From positions 1,798,001 through 1,862,000 of the forward strand of contig NC_092673.1 of NCBI RefSeq assembly GCF_964355755.1: a DNA stretch of 64,000 bases, given 5' to 3'. Source of the DNA: Antedon mediterranea (lineage: Eukaryota > Animalia > Echinodermata). Position 1 is the first letter of the stretch. The number at the start of each line of letters is the position of its first letter. A program made the position numbers and the translations under genes. This document shows, in pieces, positions 1 through 13,072 of this stretch. The notes under the pieces were generated by a model. It was not told where the DNA came from, ran no database searches, and saw only the letters and a list, made by a program, of their open reading frames with translations.

Positions 1-57
1 CAGCACTGTACCGAAAAATAACATAGAAGTTATTGAGAGTTTGTCAGTATTATCAAC

Positions 58-3000
58 ATGCATGCGATACTTCATATTGTGACAGTAGTTTGCTGTTTAT
101 TTAAAACAACCCAAACCTCTTCGGGTAAGTCTGTGTTTGTTTATTATGTACAGAAGAAAACAAGGCCATATACATGGCTGCAGTCGCGTGCTCAAGTTAC
201 TGTTTACCGACCAACCGACCGACCGGCCGGCCGACATAATGAGCTGTAGAGTCGCATTGCACGCACGCGACTGAAAACTATTCTTCTACAATTTCGTACT
301 ACTTGGTGTACCATCATCGGCAACTATGTATTTTTTGTTTCAATTGATCTTCTCGAGTTCAATAATATAGTGTTTCATACGTCTGTAATTCAATAGCATC
401 ATTGATATTTAAACATTGTTAAATAAGTAGGCCTACCAGTATATTCCGAATATTTGTAATTCATGTCAACAGGTTACTGTCACTTAGCCTAATTTTTAGG
501 ATGTACTTTCAATAAAGAAACTTATTTTTAATTACAATATTTATTTTTCACATTATTAAATGCATTTCTGTCAAACACGAAATTATAATCTCCGTTATAA
601 TTTGGTACTATGGCTATTTTTAGTCGCGTGCGTGCAACGCGACTCTACAGCTCACTATGTCGGTCGGTTGGTTAGTCGGTCGGTCGGTAAACACTAACTT
701 GAGCACGCGACTACAGCCATGTATATGGCCTTGTTTATATTCATTGCAAAAATGGTGTGGTTATAACATCAAGAAACGAACTTCATATTCACCTTTCTAT
801 TAGACCAATACAACTAATTGTTAGTATTATAACATTATATCTATTTCAGAGGTTTTAGACATTACTACGTTGGCAACATCACTTGCAAGCGATACTCAAA
901 ACGAAGCCCGTGGACTTATAGTGAAAGGCAACATGACAACAAATGCTAGCATTGGTATTTTGTATAAAGACGCCAAACAAAATGTAAGCTGGGCTGACAC
1001 CGGTCATTTGGGAGATTTTAACGACACAACGGGTTATTTAACCTTAGATATGCCAGATGATAGAATATTTTCCACAACTAGCAAAGTGACTTACTCTGTC
1101 CATGAAGACTTCATGTATCTTGGCGTTAAGAGTTTACCATTTGGTCAAAGAGTTGGTGTGTTTTCATTCGAAGCGTCTAAAGACGACGTCCATACTAGGT
1201 CAGCTGTTGTAGTCACTGAATTACATGGTGAGTTTTATTTCACATAATACCTTACAAAAGGAGTACTTTTATATATAATATGTCTGCGCCCATGTGCCTG
1301 CAGCAATTTTATGAACAGTGCCCCAGCTATCTCTTGCTTATTGTACGATCTATGAGTAAGGCATGTCATGGTCTTCGTTTTATCATATACCTTTGCCTCT
1401 GATAAGCTTAGTTTGGTTTGGTCCACATTGGCCAGTCTATTTTCTTTGATGACCAACCACATTACGTACATTATCACTTTAACAGCCTAGTATTTCTCCA
1501 GAAATTCTCAACCATTATCTCTATATCCTTTTGGAAACAAATGGTGTACCGCAAACCAAATAATTATATTACAGGTACTATTACAATGAAATCCAGAACA
1601 CAAACTGTCGGTGTTGGTGAATCTGTTACTATTTCACTGGATAGAGGCAGATACTTGTACTCTTTGCAGTGGAGACATAACTATGGCGACCCAGTTACCA
1701 GGTGGTATTCTGAAACATCAATTACACTTAGCAATATACGCGCTAAAGATGGCGGCGTGTATGAATGCTACAAATATGAAACCGGACGGCATGGAATAAT
1801 GAGGTTAATAGTAAGAGGTTAGTCACCTGATTTCTTCAGATCTTTTTACATTGTTCTTTATATCTGTAGTCAAATAACGACGACGAGACATGCGTATAGT
1901 AACGCCTCTGAGATGCAGTCCATATCTATCGCGGCTTACGCACATTATCCTATTCATGTTATACTGAATGGAAAATGTTTTATTATCGCCATAGGTTGCC
2001 CTTCACCCAAATGGAATCCTCCAGATTGTGAGGAAGATTGTCCAGTATGTTACAATGGAGGAGTTTGTGACGACAAGACGGGTGTCTGTATTTGCCCTGC
2101 AGGATTTACTGGAGAACATTGTGAAACCGGTAAAAACACATTATTTTAACAACACATTCTTATGTTATGGTTTGGTAGATAGCAGCGCCGCGGCAGCCAC
2201 ACCACCAAACCAAGACTCAGACCTTCTTCAAAGTTCCATTCTTTATCAGTTATGCCATCTCTGCATATTCACATTGCTTTGTTTACATTCTTATCTTTGC
2301 TAGCTTGTGAGCTGCACAACTGGGGTAGGACGTGTGCTCTTGGTTGTACAAGTGGTAGCAACCCTACTTGTATGGGTGTGCATTTTTGTCCTCCTGATCC
2401 TGTCGGTTGTTCATGTTATCGTGGCTATAGCGGAAACGATTGTCATACGGGTTTGTTGGCTAGTCACTTATTTTATAATGCTTTATATGCGCTTTAATGT
2501 ATTCGATGATTATTATGAACGTAAACACTTACATTTTGACGACGCAAGCTCAAATGCTTAATACATATTGCCAACTAATTAAAATAGTAAATGTACGAGA
2601 TGTGCCCATATATGGACATGATGATTTCAATCCTGAACTATTCCACTCAACGAGATGTGCCCATATATGGACATGATGATGTCACATCACTATCATATTT
2701 GGCCATATCACTACCATATTTGGGCACATCACACTTTTTTTGTCAAACTAGTTTGATGTGCAGACAGAGCTTTAGATCTGAAACATTGTGTATTATGCAT
2801 AATTATTTTTGTTACAGCTTGTACATATAAACAATATGGAGCAGATTGTCTTCAAACTTGTCACTGTTCATCCAACGATTGTGACAATGGAAAAGGATGC
2901 CGGGAAAACGTGACGTGTTCAGACTATTACACAGGACCCGGATGTCAGGGTAAGAAACCGATTCATCTTTGATTGTAAATTTTATTTTGCTTTTTTTTAT

Positions 3001-6000
3001 TTCACCACCTTCTGTTCTTTTTTTATATAGTTTGTTGTGTATTCAGAAAGATTTTAAATTACTTTTTTTATAAAACGTTTCAGTACCGTCAAATTCAGAA
3101 AACTTTCTTTCGCAATTCAGTTTTTTAACTGGTTTTTTCCTCTTTCGTGGCTGAACCACCACTTTTATTCATTCATTCAAAAATATGGAAATGAATAATG
3201 TAAGTTAATCAGTAATATGTTATATTTGTTGTAAATATAACAATCTTCACATCTACACTTCCTTTTTTGTAATTTTCGTATGTTTTAAAACTTTTTATCC
3301 ATAAATAATAGTTTGATTTGATCTTATCTGTTTTCTTTTTAAATAGAACGAAAATTAGACCGTAGCTGTCCGTACGGTACGTTCGGTTTATTATGTAACT
3401 ATCCGTGTCATTGTAAAAGTGATGCTCCTTGTAATCGAGATGGTAGCTGTGATGCTGGGTGCCACGAGGCATGGGCTGGTCATGACTGCAGCATAGGTAT
3501 AGTTTGTTTATAAATATTCTTTATGATGTTCCTGTTTGGTTTATCAAATATTTTATACAATGTCATGAACCAATCCATAATTTGACGACGATGATGATGA
3601 GTAAGATGATGATGACGATGATTACGATTATGATTACTGTAGTGAATCTGTACTATTCTTGATTTAAATATAATTAATGATGAATGTTCACAAAAGTTGC
3701 ATTGTATTTGTCGAAAAGTGGGGATGATCAAAATGAAAAGAACAATTACGTAAAATAATCAAATTTACAAATTGAACAAGAAAGGATTAATTAGGGAAGT
3801 AAAAATACTGAATAATAACGAAATAAATTCTTTATATTTTCTTTTTTTTGCTAAAAAATGGTAAAGTTGATTCCGGTTTTTCAAATTGGAACAGTTTGTT
3901 TGACACAATTTGTGTTTGATTTACATACAGTAGCTGGACCCCAAGAAGATGCATGTATTCTATATTATATAACCTAAATAAATTTCTGTCATTTGACTGG
4001 ACGAATGTGGGCCACATGGCGTGCAATAGTACGCACTATTACTATAGGACGTCAGTAGTATAATACGATACCATTTTGTGTTTTTAAACTGGTATAGGTA
4101 TACTATTGAAAATAAATAACTATAGAAATAATAAATATTCTATAAAATCAAAACAATAATGAATTGTTGTTTCTTAATTCTATCTAGAATGTTTCTAGTG
4201 CTCCTGAACGAATCCAATGTAATGACGTACTTCGATATCAAGTGAGATACGAGAGCATTGACGGACATGTTGAAGGCGTAATCAACACAACCAAACTCAA
4301 TCTCCAAGTGTCAATTATTGGAATATCAAAATGTGTTGCTTATGACGTAGACGCTCGAGTTGTTAACAGTAAAGACATTGCGGGAGATTGGGGAGAGAAC
4401 CTACATATACCACCCTCAGGTGAATAACAAGTTAAAGATCTACCAGATGTGTATACAGTACCTGCTTCTAAAATGAGTAATGATGTGATATGCAACCGAA
4501 TGTTGTGTTCAGAATTATTCCAAGTATGTTTTATTTTTCTCAGCGCCCTCAATTACCGAAAATTCAACCACCAATGAAACTACACTGTTGATGAAGTGGA
4601 AGCCTGCATCATGTGATTCCTATGGAAATCTGCATTATTTCTATCAATTGCTGCAAAATGGAAACGTACAGCAAGAGGGGAGTACGACAGCAACTCACGT
4701 GATACTGAATGAGGGAATTAAAGCCTGTGAATCGTATACCTTCTTAGTTTGGAGTTCTTATTTAAACTCAAACGGAACGGTCGTTCTGGAAGACGTTGTT
4801 GCTGCAACATGTAAGTTAATGACTTTGTCTATTCATTTCAATCAATTTAATTTGATTTCAATGACGTGATGTTCTTAAAAAGAGGTCTATAGATTTGAGG
4901 GTCGCTCTTTGTTGCCACACAACCCCATTTTTATTCATTTTAATATATATGTATAGATCCAAACGCTCCAAATATTACGTCACTCTCCACAACTGCGTCA
5001 TCGATCACTATTCGATGGAGTCCACCAGTTGATGGAAGCTTGTGTGACGTCATTGAATATAATGTCATTATCACATCATGTTTGTTTACAATCAACAAAC
5101 TTACAACTAATAAGTATCTACATGTTGAAGAAAACATTAACACAGGAACTGAGTACAATGTGAAGGTATGTTTTAATGTTTATTCTATATTATAATATCT
5201 GAACGTTAATGCAAAATCATTAATGTCTGATATTTGAAAGGCGTCATACCATTATCCCTTTACATAATTCTGTTAAAGTAGGCGCGCGGGAAACAATGAT
5301 AGTATTAATGTTTATTGTTTTAGATAGCAGCAAGAAACGCCAAAGGATATGGAGAATTTTCACCGAACGTGATGGTGGCAACTGACGTCATTAAAGATGG
5401 ACAAATCAATGATCTGCCTGCTGCTGCTGCTGCTGGAAACGCCGAAACAAATAGTAAGAAAATCTCAAATTTAATTCACATTTATTTAGCGTCATGCGTA
5501 TCTGGATTCAAGACTTAGTTTTGACTTAATATTAGTAAAAAGATAAATATTTTGCCACTACTTGAGCTTGTAATTTTTCAGACAAAAATCGACTAACATA
5601 AAAAAAGACAATGAATACAGACTTGTCTAGTCTACATAAAGTCTAGTCACAATTGTATTATGGTGGCTAATGGCACTCGGTATGCCTTTCTCTTCCTTAG
5701 GCCTTTTATAAAATCAGCATTTGTATACAACAATATTTATGTTATTTTGTTTATAGTTCAAAAGGATGAAGAAAGTAACAGTAATACAAGTTATATCATT
5801 GCGGCCATTTTACCATCACTCTTTCTACTTATCATCATCTTGTTGTTGTTGCTTGTCATCAGGTAACGAACATTTTTCATATTAAATTAATTTATTAATA
5901 TCACATAAACTTACATAAACTTACAGAATTCATGTTTGTCGCATTACATTTCAAGTATTTTATGTATTTATATCTTGCAGAAAACTTAAGAAACAAAATG

Positions 6001-6074
6001 CGTCGCAAGAAAATAGTAAACATATAAATAATTACTTGAGAATGGATGCTGTGAACAATCCAGAAGAAGCATAA
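58..6074 (+). CDS. Tie/angiopoietin-receptor-like type I membrane protein (signal peptide, Ig, EGF/laminin-EGF repeats, FN3 repeats, TM, ~31-aa tail; no kinase domain)
   Basis: GT-AG exons: 58-124 (signal peptide), 850-1227, 1575-1817 (Ig, DGGVYEC), 1995-2129 (CPVCYNGGVCDDKTGVCICPAGF), 2304-2450, 2818-2949, 3347-3496, 4188-~4419, 4544-4810, 4957-~5166, 5324-~5453 (FN3), 5757-5862 (TM IIAAILPSLFLLIIILLLLLVI), 5981-6074 (stop). Phases are consistent except between 3496 and 4188, where a linking exon is unresolved. Confidence 0.82.
158..736. mobile_element. MITE-like element with ~115-bp terminal inverted repeats in intron 1
   Basis: aacaaggccatatacatggctg...cgcgactgaaaa (158-277) is the reverse complement of ttttagtcgcg...cagccatgtatatggccttgttt (618-736). 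Confidence 0.8.
2600..2773. mobile_element. Partial copy of the recurrent AGCTCTGTCTACAC MITE family
   Basis: Shares gatgtgcccatatatggacatgatgatgtc...atttgggcacatcacac...agacagagcttta with six other copies in the window. Confidence 0.75.
3583..3637. repeat. (GAT/GAC)n microsatellite
   Basis: Imperfect trinucleotide run visible directly. Confidence 0.7.
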
Positions 6075-6695
6075 GGGTTAATTATTATAGCTAGAAATTA
6101 GATGAACACTACAAAATCTTTTTTAGATGTTTACCTTTGGAGAAAATGTTTTTGTTTAATATCTAAAGACCAGTGTGCTCAGATATTAATTGTTTATTGC
6201 AGAATGTTTTTTTATCTGTATGTGACCCGCTTCATCGTTTCTGTTTTTCTTTTGTTTTTGATACCATGAAATAAAAAATATAAATAAAAATATAATAAAA
6301 TATATATATATATATATATATATTATTTTTTATCGTCTGCATCATAGATTAGGAGTCAAACTTTTTTTTAATAAAAAATGATATTTTATTCATCGTTTTT
6401 TCACTTTTATTGTGAATAAATGAGGTTAATTAAACATGTGTTGATAATAAACAGGTTAAATGATTAGCATACCAGCGTTTGCTGTACATCATCGGATTTA
6501 TAAAAAAATGAAATAAAGTTGAGAATTGTCTACGTTGTAAACTAACACAACCGTTAATACAATCTACTGATATTATTATCAGTATAAAATAATATATTAC
6601 TTTGTTGCGCGTTTTGCGTTCCATATCAATTTGGGACCGAGTTGCTTTATTTTGGAGTTTTTGATGAGACGAGTTGGTACTGCTGATTGTCAAAC

Positions 6696-8710
6696 ATGGC
6701 TAGCGCTAGTAACGCAGAAGAAAGTTACGAAGAAATAGAGCTTGAAAGTACAAGAAAAGAAGAAGATGACTTTGATATTAGACGGAGAAAAATAGCCGAA
6801 GCATTTATCAATGCTTATGGGATAGGTAAGTATTTTATCTTAATAAATATTGATGAAAGGGTGCTAGGCCTCTAGCTAGGCCATGGATGGTACACGATCT
6901 TCCTGACCTTGGTAACTAAGCGAGAGTGTTGACTGTTGTTGGCGATATTTTTGGAGTCGGTTCGACCGGTTTATGCCTAGGCCTAGCTAGCCCGGTAAAG
7001 TCTATTCCAATGCTAAATATAATTTTGAAATAAGTACACAAACTATTATATACTAAGGATTCTGTACTAAGGACTAATACTAGCCTAATATTAAAAGTTG
7101 ATTTAAAAGAGTTGCTTAATCTCTAGTCTAGCTAGGCCTAGGCCTACTAAACTGGGCCTAGGCTAGTAGGCCTTTCTCATTCTACTGTATAAATATTCTA
7201 TTTTATTAATTTAGCTCCCTACTATCCAAAAGAGGACACTAGCCTACTGTATCATGTGAAACCAAAAAAAGAGGAAATATACAGTATGCTCACTAGGCCT
7301 GGATCCGGATGCCTATAATTTGGAAGATACCCATATATATCATTATGAAGAAACACTTTATGTTCTTTACTGCAGTTCTTAAGCTTGGTTCCCACTAGAA
7401 CGTAACGCAAGGACGTAAACGCAACGCAAGCGTTTTATTCAATGACAAGCGAAGTTATAGACAGTTAGCAATCACAAGCGAATAAGCCATCGCTTGTGAT
7501 TGGTCAATTCACTTGCGTTGCGTTACGTCCTTGCGTTGCATCGCTAGTGGGAACCACGCTTTATGTAACTTTTTCCTATAATAAAATCAATTTATCCCAA
7601 TTAAAACAAAATAAATTCAATTTCATTATTTTATAGATGTAAGCAAACTTAAAAACATCGATCCTGAACGATTGATTCAACTGCAAAAGGAGAGAGAAGA
7701 AGAAGAGGCTAGGAACAGATCACCGTACAATTTACAGAATTTGATTTGGCTTCTGGCATTATTTTGTATTTTCTATTACACAGAATTTGTTCTTACGCTA
7801 CAAACGGATCCAAGAATTAAAAGGTACTTTATCATGGTACATTTTATAAAGATCTGTTATGGTATAGTATGTTGGAAACTTTTTAAGGGCCAATATTTAT
7901 ACCATCATCCACTATTCAGACACTTTATTAATTGGGCGCTGGGCCGGGGTAACTTATTTATTGGGCGCTGGGCCGGGGTAACTTATTAATAGGGGTTCTA
8001 TTGTATTTTAAACTTGTGTGAACGGTTTTACGTTATGCATAAGACTATTAGAATTAATCATCTCATTTTTACTTACAGAGGTTGGTTATACACTGGATGT
8101 GTTCTTGTTGGCATAAATTGTTTCATAGGATTTTACCTTATTGTCATCTGCACCTGGATTAAGAAAATTGATAACTGGGAAAGTCATTTCCCATCAGCAA
8201 TCCCCATGGCAACAGCATCGTTTATCCTGGGATCAATTTGGTAAGAAACAATTTTATCTATTATATACATGTATATCTCTCCACATAATAAACAATGAAT
8301 AATTCATGACCTGACAATCTATGTCTCTTGGCTTTGTTTCGCATGCTTGCATGTGGCTGACAAATCTAATACGAGAAACGCAGGCACAACCACATTGGGT
8401 GAAGATGAGAGGGATTGTTGCGCAGTAGTATGTCTGTACAAGTTCCTTTTTTCCTTCTATCCCCCCTTTCTGCAAATTCCACTTTGTGATGACAATTTTC
8501 TCAGCTTAATGTTGTTTTATTTTCAGTCTAAATGTCGCCCTCTGGCCAGTGTATGGTGTGCTCGCTCCAATTATATTGTTTACGTTTTTAATGGGTGTAA
8601 TCATCCTGGCAACATTGATTCCTGGCTCAAAAAAGAAACAAGGCAGGAAAACAAAAGGAGAATACCAACAGGTCCCAACAGATGATAAAGACTCATTCAA
8701 GGAGGACTGA
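6696..8710 (+). CDS. TMEM128: Transmembrane protein 128
   Basis: Exons 6696-6825, 7637-7823, ~8079-8240, 8527-8710. Translation includes NLQNLIWLLALFCIFYYTEF, FPSAIPMATASFILGSI and LNVALWPVYGVLAPIILFTFLMGVI, matching the TMEM128 family as I recall it. Confidence 0.88.
7380..7563. mobile_element. PIF/Harbinger-like MITE (TIR AGCTTGGTTCCCACTAG)
   Basis: Palindromic element with TAA/TTA flanks; a degenerate second copy lies at ~42793-42945. Confidence 0.75.
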
Positions 8711-8900
8711 AACATTTTGATTAGATTCACTCTTGAAGGACTGAAACATACTGATTAGATTCACTCTTGAAGAAAGACTGGATCATTTTGATTAGATTCA
8801 CTCTTGAAGGACTGAAACATTTTGATTAGATTCACTCTTGAAGAAAGACTGGATCATTTTGATTAGATTCACTCAAGAAAGACTGAAACATTTTGATTAT
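8690..8900. repeat. 33-bp minisatellite overlapping the TMEM128 stop codon
   Basis: About 6 units of gattagattcactc(aa/tt)gaaggactgaaacatttt. Confidence 0.85.
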
Positions 8901-9654
8901 CTTATTAATATGTTTTCTTTAATATATAATTTTGAAAAAAAAAAAGGAGAAAGATTGTGGCAGTATTTTATATTCATTAGTTATTATTTCAAGAGGAATC
9001 AGACATACGGGAACAACACACAAAAGATACTACAGTACAGATTGCCTTCTGGATTTCTATATCAAGTGAAAATTACAGACATTATTAACTTTTTATGAAT
9101 TGCATGGCATATCACAAACCTTGCTTTATTACACAACATCAAGATTGTCGTGAATAAAGATTTACTTCGGAGTTACTACTATAGAATTTTATAACTTAGT
9201 TCTTGTTTTAATTAATTCTAGTGTATTACTTTTGTTTATATTTTTGTATTGATGTTATTAATTTAAGTGGCTGATGTAAGTTGAATAGAAGTGCCTTCTC
9301 TTGGATTGGTTTATGTATTTTATTTTAGTACGATATGTTAGTAATAGTTTTTAATATATTATGTTTTTGGCTCAAAGCCTGATGTTTGGTCCTGAAGCCA
9401 GTGTGGCAGTGTTGTATGTACAGTACTATGCTGGCAATTATATAGTTTAACTAATTACACCCATTAAGGATAGATATCTCAATAAAGAAATAAACAGTGA
9501 TTAATATTATATTAATATAATATTCTGTTTTAGTTCTTCCCATTGTGAAACCTACTACGTAGTACTAGTGTATGTTACCTCAATACATACTTTAAAATGT
9601 TTGATGTTTTGGGAATTGTGTACAAGGAAATTGTCAAAAAAAATGTTCTATCAC

Positions 9655-12361
9655 AATGTGTTCTGTACATAGATATTTTGGCCATTTTATTTTTCTAAAA
9701 AATCCATGTACTATTTTTCTAAAATAGCCAAAATATCATGTTTTTAAAATTCAATTATTTTGCGATAATATTGCTGTATATGATCATATATTGCTTTATC
9801 ATCATCTTATAGTGCCATAGAAGCCATTTTTGTCGAAAAATAAAATGGTCGGAAATTGGCTATTTTTTGAAAAAATCCCTTCGACAAAAGGGATTTTTTC
9901 GAAAAATGGCCAAAATATCAAGTTTTTAAAATTCAATTATTATGCAATAATATTGCTTTATATGATCATATATGGCGTTATCATCATCTTAAAGTGCCAT
10001 AGAAGCCATTTTTGTCAAAAAATAAAATGGTCGGAAATTGGCTATTTTTTGAAAAAATCCCTTACTATAGTACAGGGATTTTTTCGAAAAATTTCCAAAA
10101 TATCAAGTTTTTAAAATTCAATTATTATGCAATAATATTGCTTTATATGATCATATATTGCGTTATCATCATCTTAAAGTGCCATAGAAGCCATTTTTGT
10201 CGAAAAATAAAATGGTCGAAAATTTGCTATTTTTTGAAAAAATCACTTACTATAGTACAGGGATTTTTTTGAAAAATGGCCAAAATATCAAGTTTTTAAA
10301 ATTCAATTATTATGAAATAATATTGCTTTATATGATCATATATTGCGTTATCATCATCTTAAAGTGCCATAGAAGCCATTTTTGTCGAAAAATAAAATGG
10401 TCGGAAATTGGCTATTTTTTGAAAAAATCCCTGTACTATAGTACAGGGATTTTTTCGAAAAATGGCCAAAATATCAAGTTTTTGAAATTCAATTATTATG
10501 CAAGAATATTGCTTTATATGATCATATATTGCGTTATCATCATCTTAAAGTGCCATAGAAGCCATTTTTGTCGAAAAATAAAATGGTCGGAAATTGGCTA
10601 TTTTTTGAAAAAATCCCTTACTATAGTACAGGGATTTTTTCGAAAAATGGCCAAAATATCAAGTTTTTTAAATTCAATTATTATGCAAGAATATTGCTTT
10701 ATATGATCATATATTGCGTTATCATCATCTTAAAGTGCCATAGAAGCCATTTTTTTCGAAAAATTAAATGGTCGAAAATTGGCTATTTTTTGAAAAAAAT
10801 CCCTTACTATAGTACAGGGATTTTTTCGAAAATGGCCAAAATATCAAGTTTTTAAAATTCAATTATTATGCAATAATATTGCTTTATATGATCATATATT
10901 GCGTTATCATCATCTTAAAGTGCCATAGAAGCCATTTTTGTCGAAAAATAAAATGGTCGAAAATTGGCTATTTTTTGAAAAAAATCCCTGTACTATAGTA
11001 CAGGGATTTTTTCGAAAAATGGCCAAAATATCAAGTTTTTTAAATTCAATTATTATGCAAGAATATTGCTTTATATGATCATATATTGCGTTATCATCAT
11101 CTTAAAGTGCCATAGAAGCCATTTTTGTCGAAAAATAAAATGGTCGGAAATTGGCTATTTTTTGAAAAAATCCCTTACTATAGTACAGGGATTTTTTCGA
11201 AAAATGGCCAAAATATCAAGTTTTTAAAATTCAATTATTATGAAATAATATTGCTTTATATGATCATATATTGCGTTATCATCATCTTAAAGTGCCATAG
11301 AAGCCATTTTTGTCGAAAAATAAAATGGTCGGAAATTGGCTATTTTTTGAAAAAATCCCTTACTATAGTACAGGGATTTTTTCGAAAAATTGCCAAAATA
11401 TCAAGTTTTTAAAATTCAATTATTATGCAAGAATATTGCTTTATATGATCATATATTGCGTTATCATCATCTTAAAGTGCCATAGAAGCCATTTTTGTCG
11501 AAAAATAAAATGGTCGGAAATTGGCTATTTTTTGAAAAAATCCCTTACTATAGTACAGGGATTTTTTCGAAAAATGGCCAAAATATCAAGTTTTTAAAAT
11601 TCAATTATTATGAAATAATATTGCTTTATATGATCATATATTGCGTTATCATCATCTTAAAGTGCCATAGAAGCCATTTTTTTCGAAAAATTAAATGGTC
11701 GAAAATTGGCTATTTTTTGAAAAAAATCCCTTACTTTTTCGAAAATTGCCAAAATATCAAGTTTTTAAAATTCAATTATTATGCAATAATATTGCTTTAT
11801 ATGATCATATATTGCGTTATCATCATCTTAAAGTGCCATAGAAGCCATTTTTGTCGAAAAATAAAATGGTCGAAAATTGGCTATTTTTTGAAAAAATCCC
11901 TGTACTATAGTGCAGGGATTTTTTCGAAAAATGGCCAAAATATCAAGTTTTTTAAATTCAATTATTATGCAAGAATATTGCTTTATATGATCATATATTG
12001 CGTTATCATCATCTTAAAGTGCCATAGAAGCCATTTTTGTCGAAAAATAAAATGGTCGGAAATTGGCTATTTTTTGAAAAAATCCCTTACTATAGTACAG
12101 GGATTTTTTCGAAAAATGGCCAAAATATAAATTTTTTTAAATTCAATTATTATGCAATAATATTGCTTTATATGATCATATATTGCGTTATCATAATCTT
12201 ATAGTACCACTATAAGATGATAATAAAGCAATATATGATCATATACAGGAATATTATCGAAAAATTTATTTTGGCCATTTTAAAAAAAATTGCCAACTTT
12301 CGACCCTTTTTTCTGACATAACTGGTTACTATATCATAACGTGACATGCACAGAATCACAT
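9655..12361. repeat. 185-bp tandem satellite (~13 copies) within a foldback-like element
   Basis: Period 185 (near-identical spurious ORFs at 11125, 11310, 11495). Each unit holds a palindrome aaaaaatccc..tactatagta..gggattttt. The sequence flips orientation at ~12205. Confidence 0.9.
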
Positions 12362-12372
12362 AATACCAACAT

Positions 12373-12912
12373 ATGATAAAGACTCATTCAAGGAGGATTC
12401 ACTTCGATTAGATTCACTCAAGAAGGACTGGAACATTTTGATTAGATTCACTCAAGAGGACTGAAACATTTTGATTAGATTCACTCAAGAGGACTGAAAC
12501 ATTTTGATTAGAATCACTTAAGAGGACTGAAACATACTGATTAGATTCACTCAGGAGGAAACATTTTGATTAGATTCACTCAAGAGGACTGAAACATTTT
12601 GATTAGATTCACTCAAGAAGGACTGAAACATACTGATTAGATTCACTCAAGAGGAATGAAACATTTTGATTAGATTCACTCAAGAGGACTGAAACATTTT
12701 GATTAGATTCACTCAAGAGGACTGAAATATTTTGATTAGATTCACTCAAGAGGACTGAAACATTTTGATTAGATTCACTCAAGAGGACTGAAACATTTTG
12801 ATTAGATCCACTCAAGAGGACTGAAACATTTTGATTAGATTCATTCAAGAGGACTGAAACATTTTGATAGATTCACTCAAGAGGACTGAAACATTTTGAT
12901 TAGATTCACTCA
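12373..12912. repeat. 33-bp minisatellite (~16 units), same family as 8690-8900
   Basis: gattagattcactcaagaggactgaaacatttt tandem units with no spacers. Confidence 0.92.
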
Positions 12913-13072
12913 ATATCAATGACGTTTTATTTCTATTTCCAAAACAAAAAACCTTTGTACTTTTTTACAGAACAATAATTGAATTTATTATTATAGACTC
13001 ACTCTTTATTTACAATTTCCTTTCAATTTTCTTGCGGATTTAAACCATAAATTAAAAGAACATAAAGACATA

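Noticed and set aside
9830-12130. Repeated MSKNKMVGNW ORFs
   Set aside because: Translations of the 185-bp satellite, with TTG starts and frame changes between copies.
12373-12912. CRISPR-like array of 33-bp repeats
   Set aside because: Units are head-to-tail with no unique spacers, there are no cas genes, and the context is eukaryotic.
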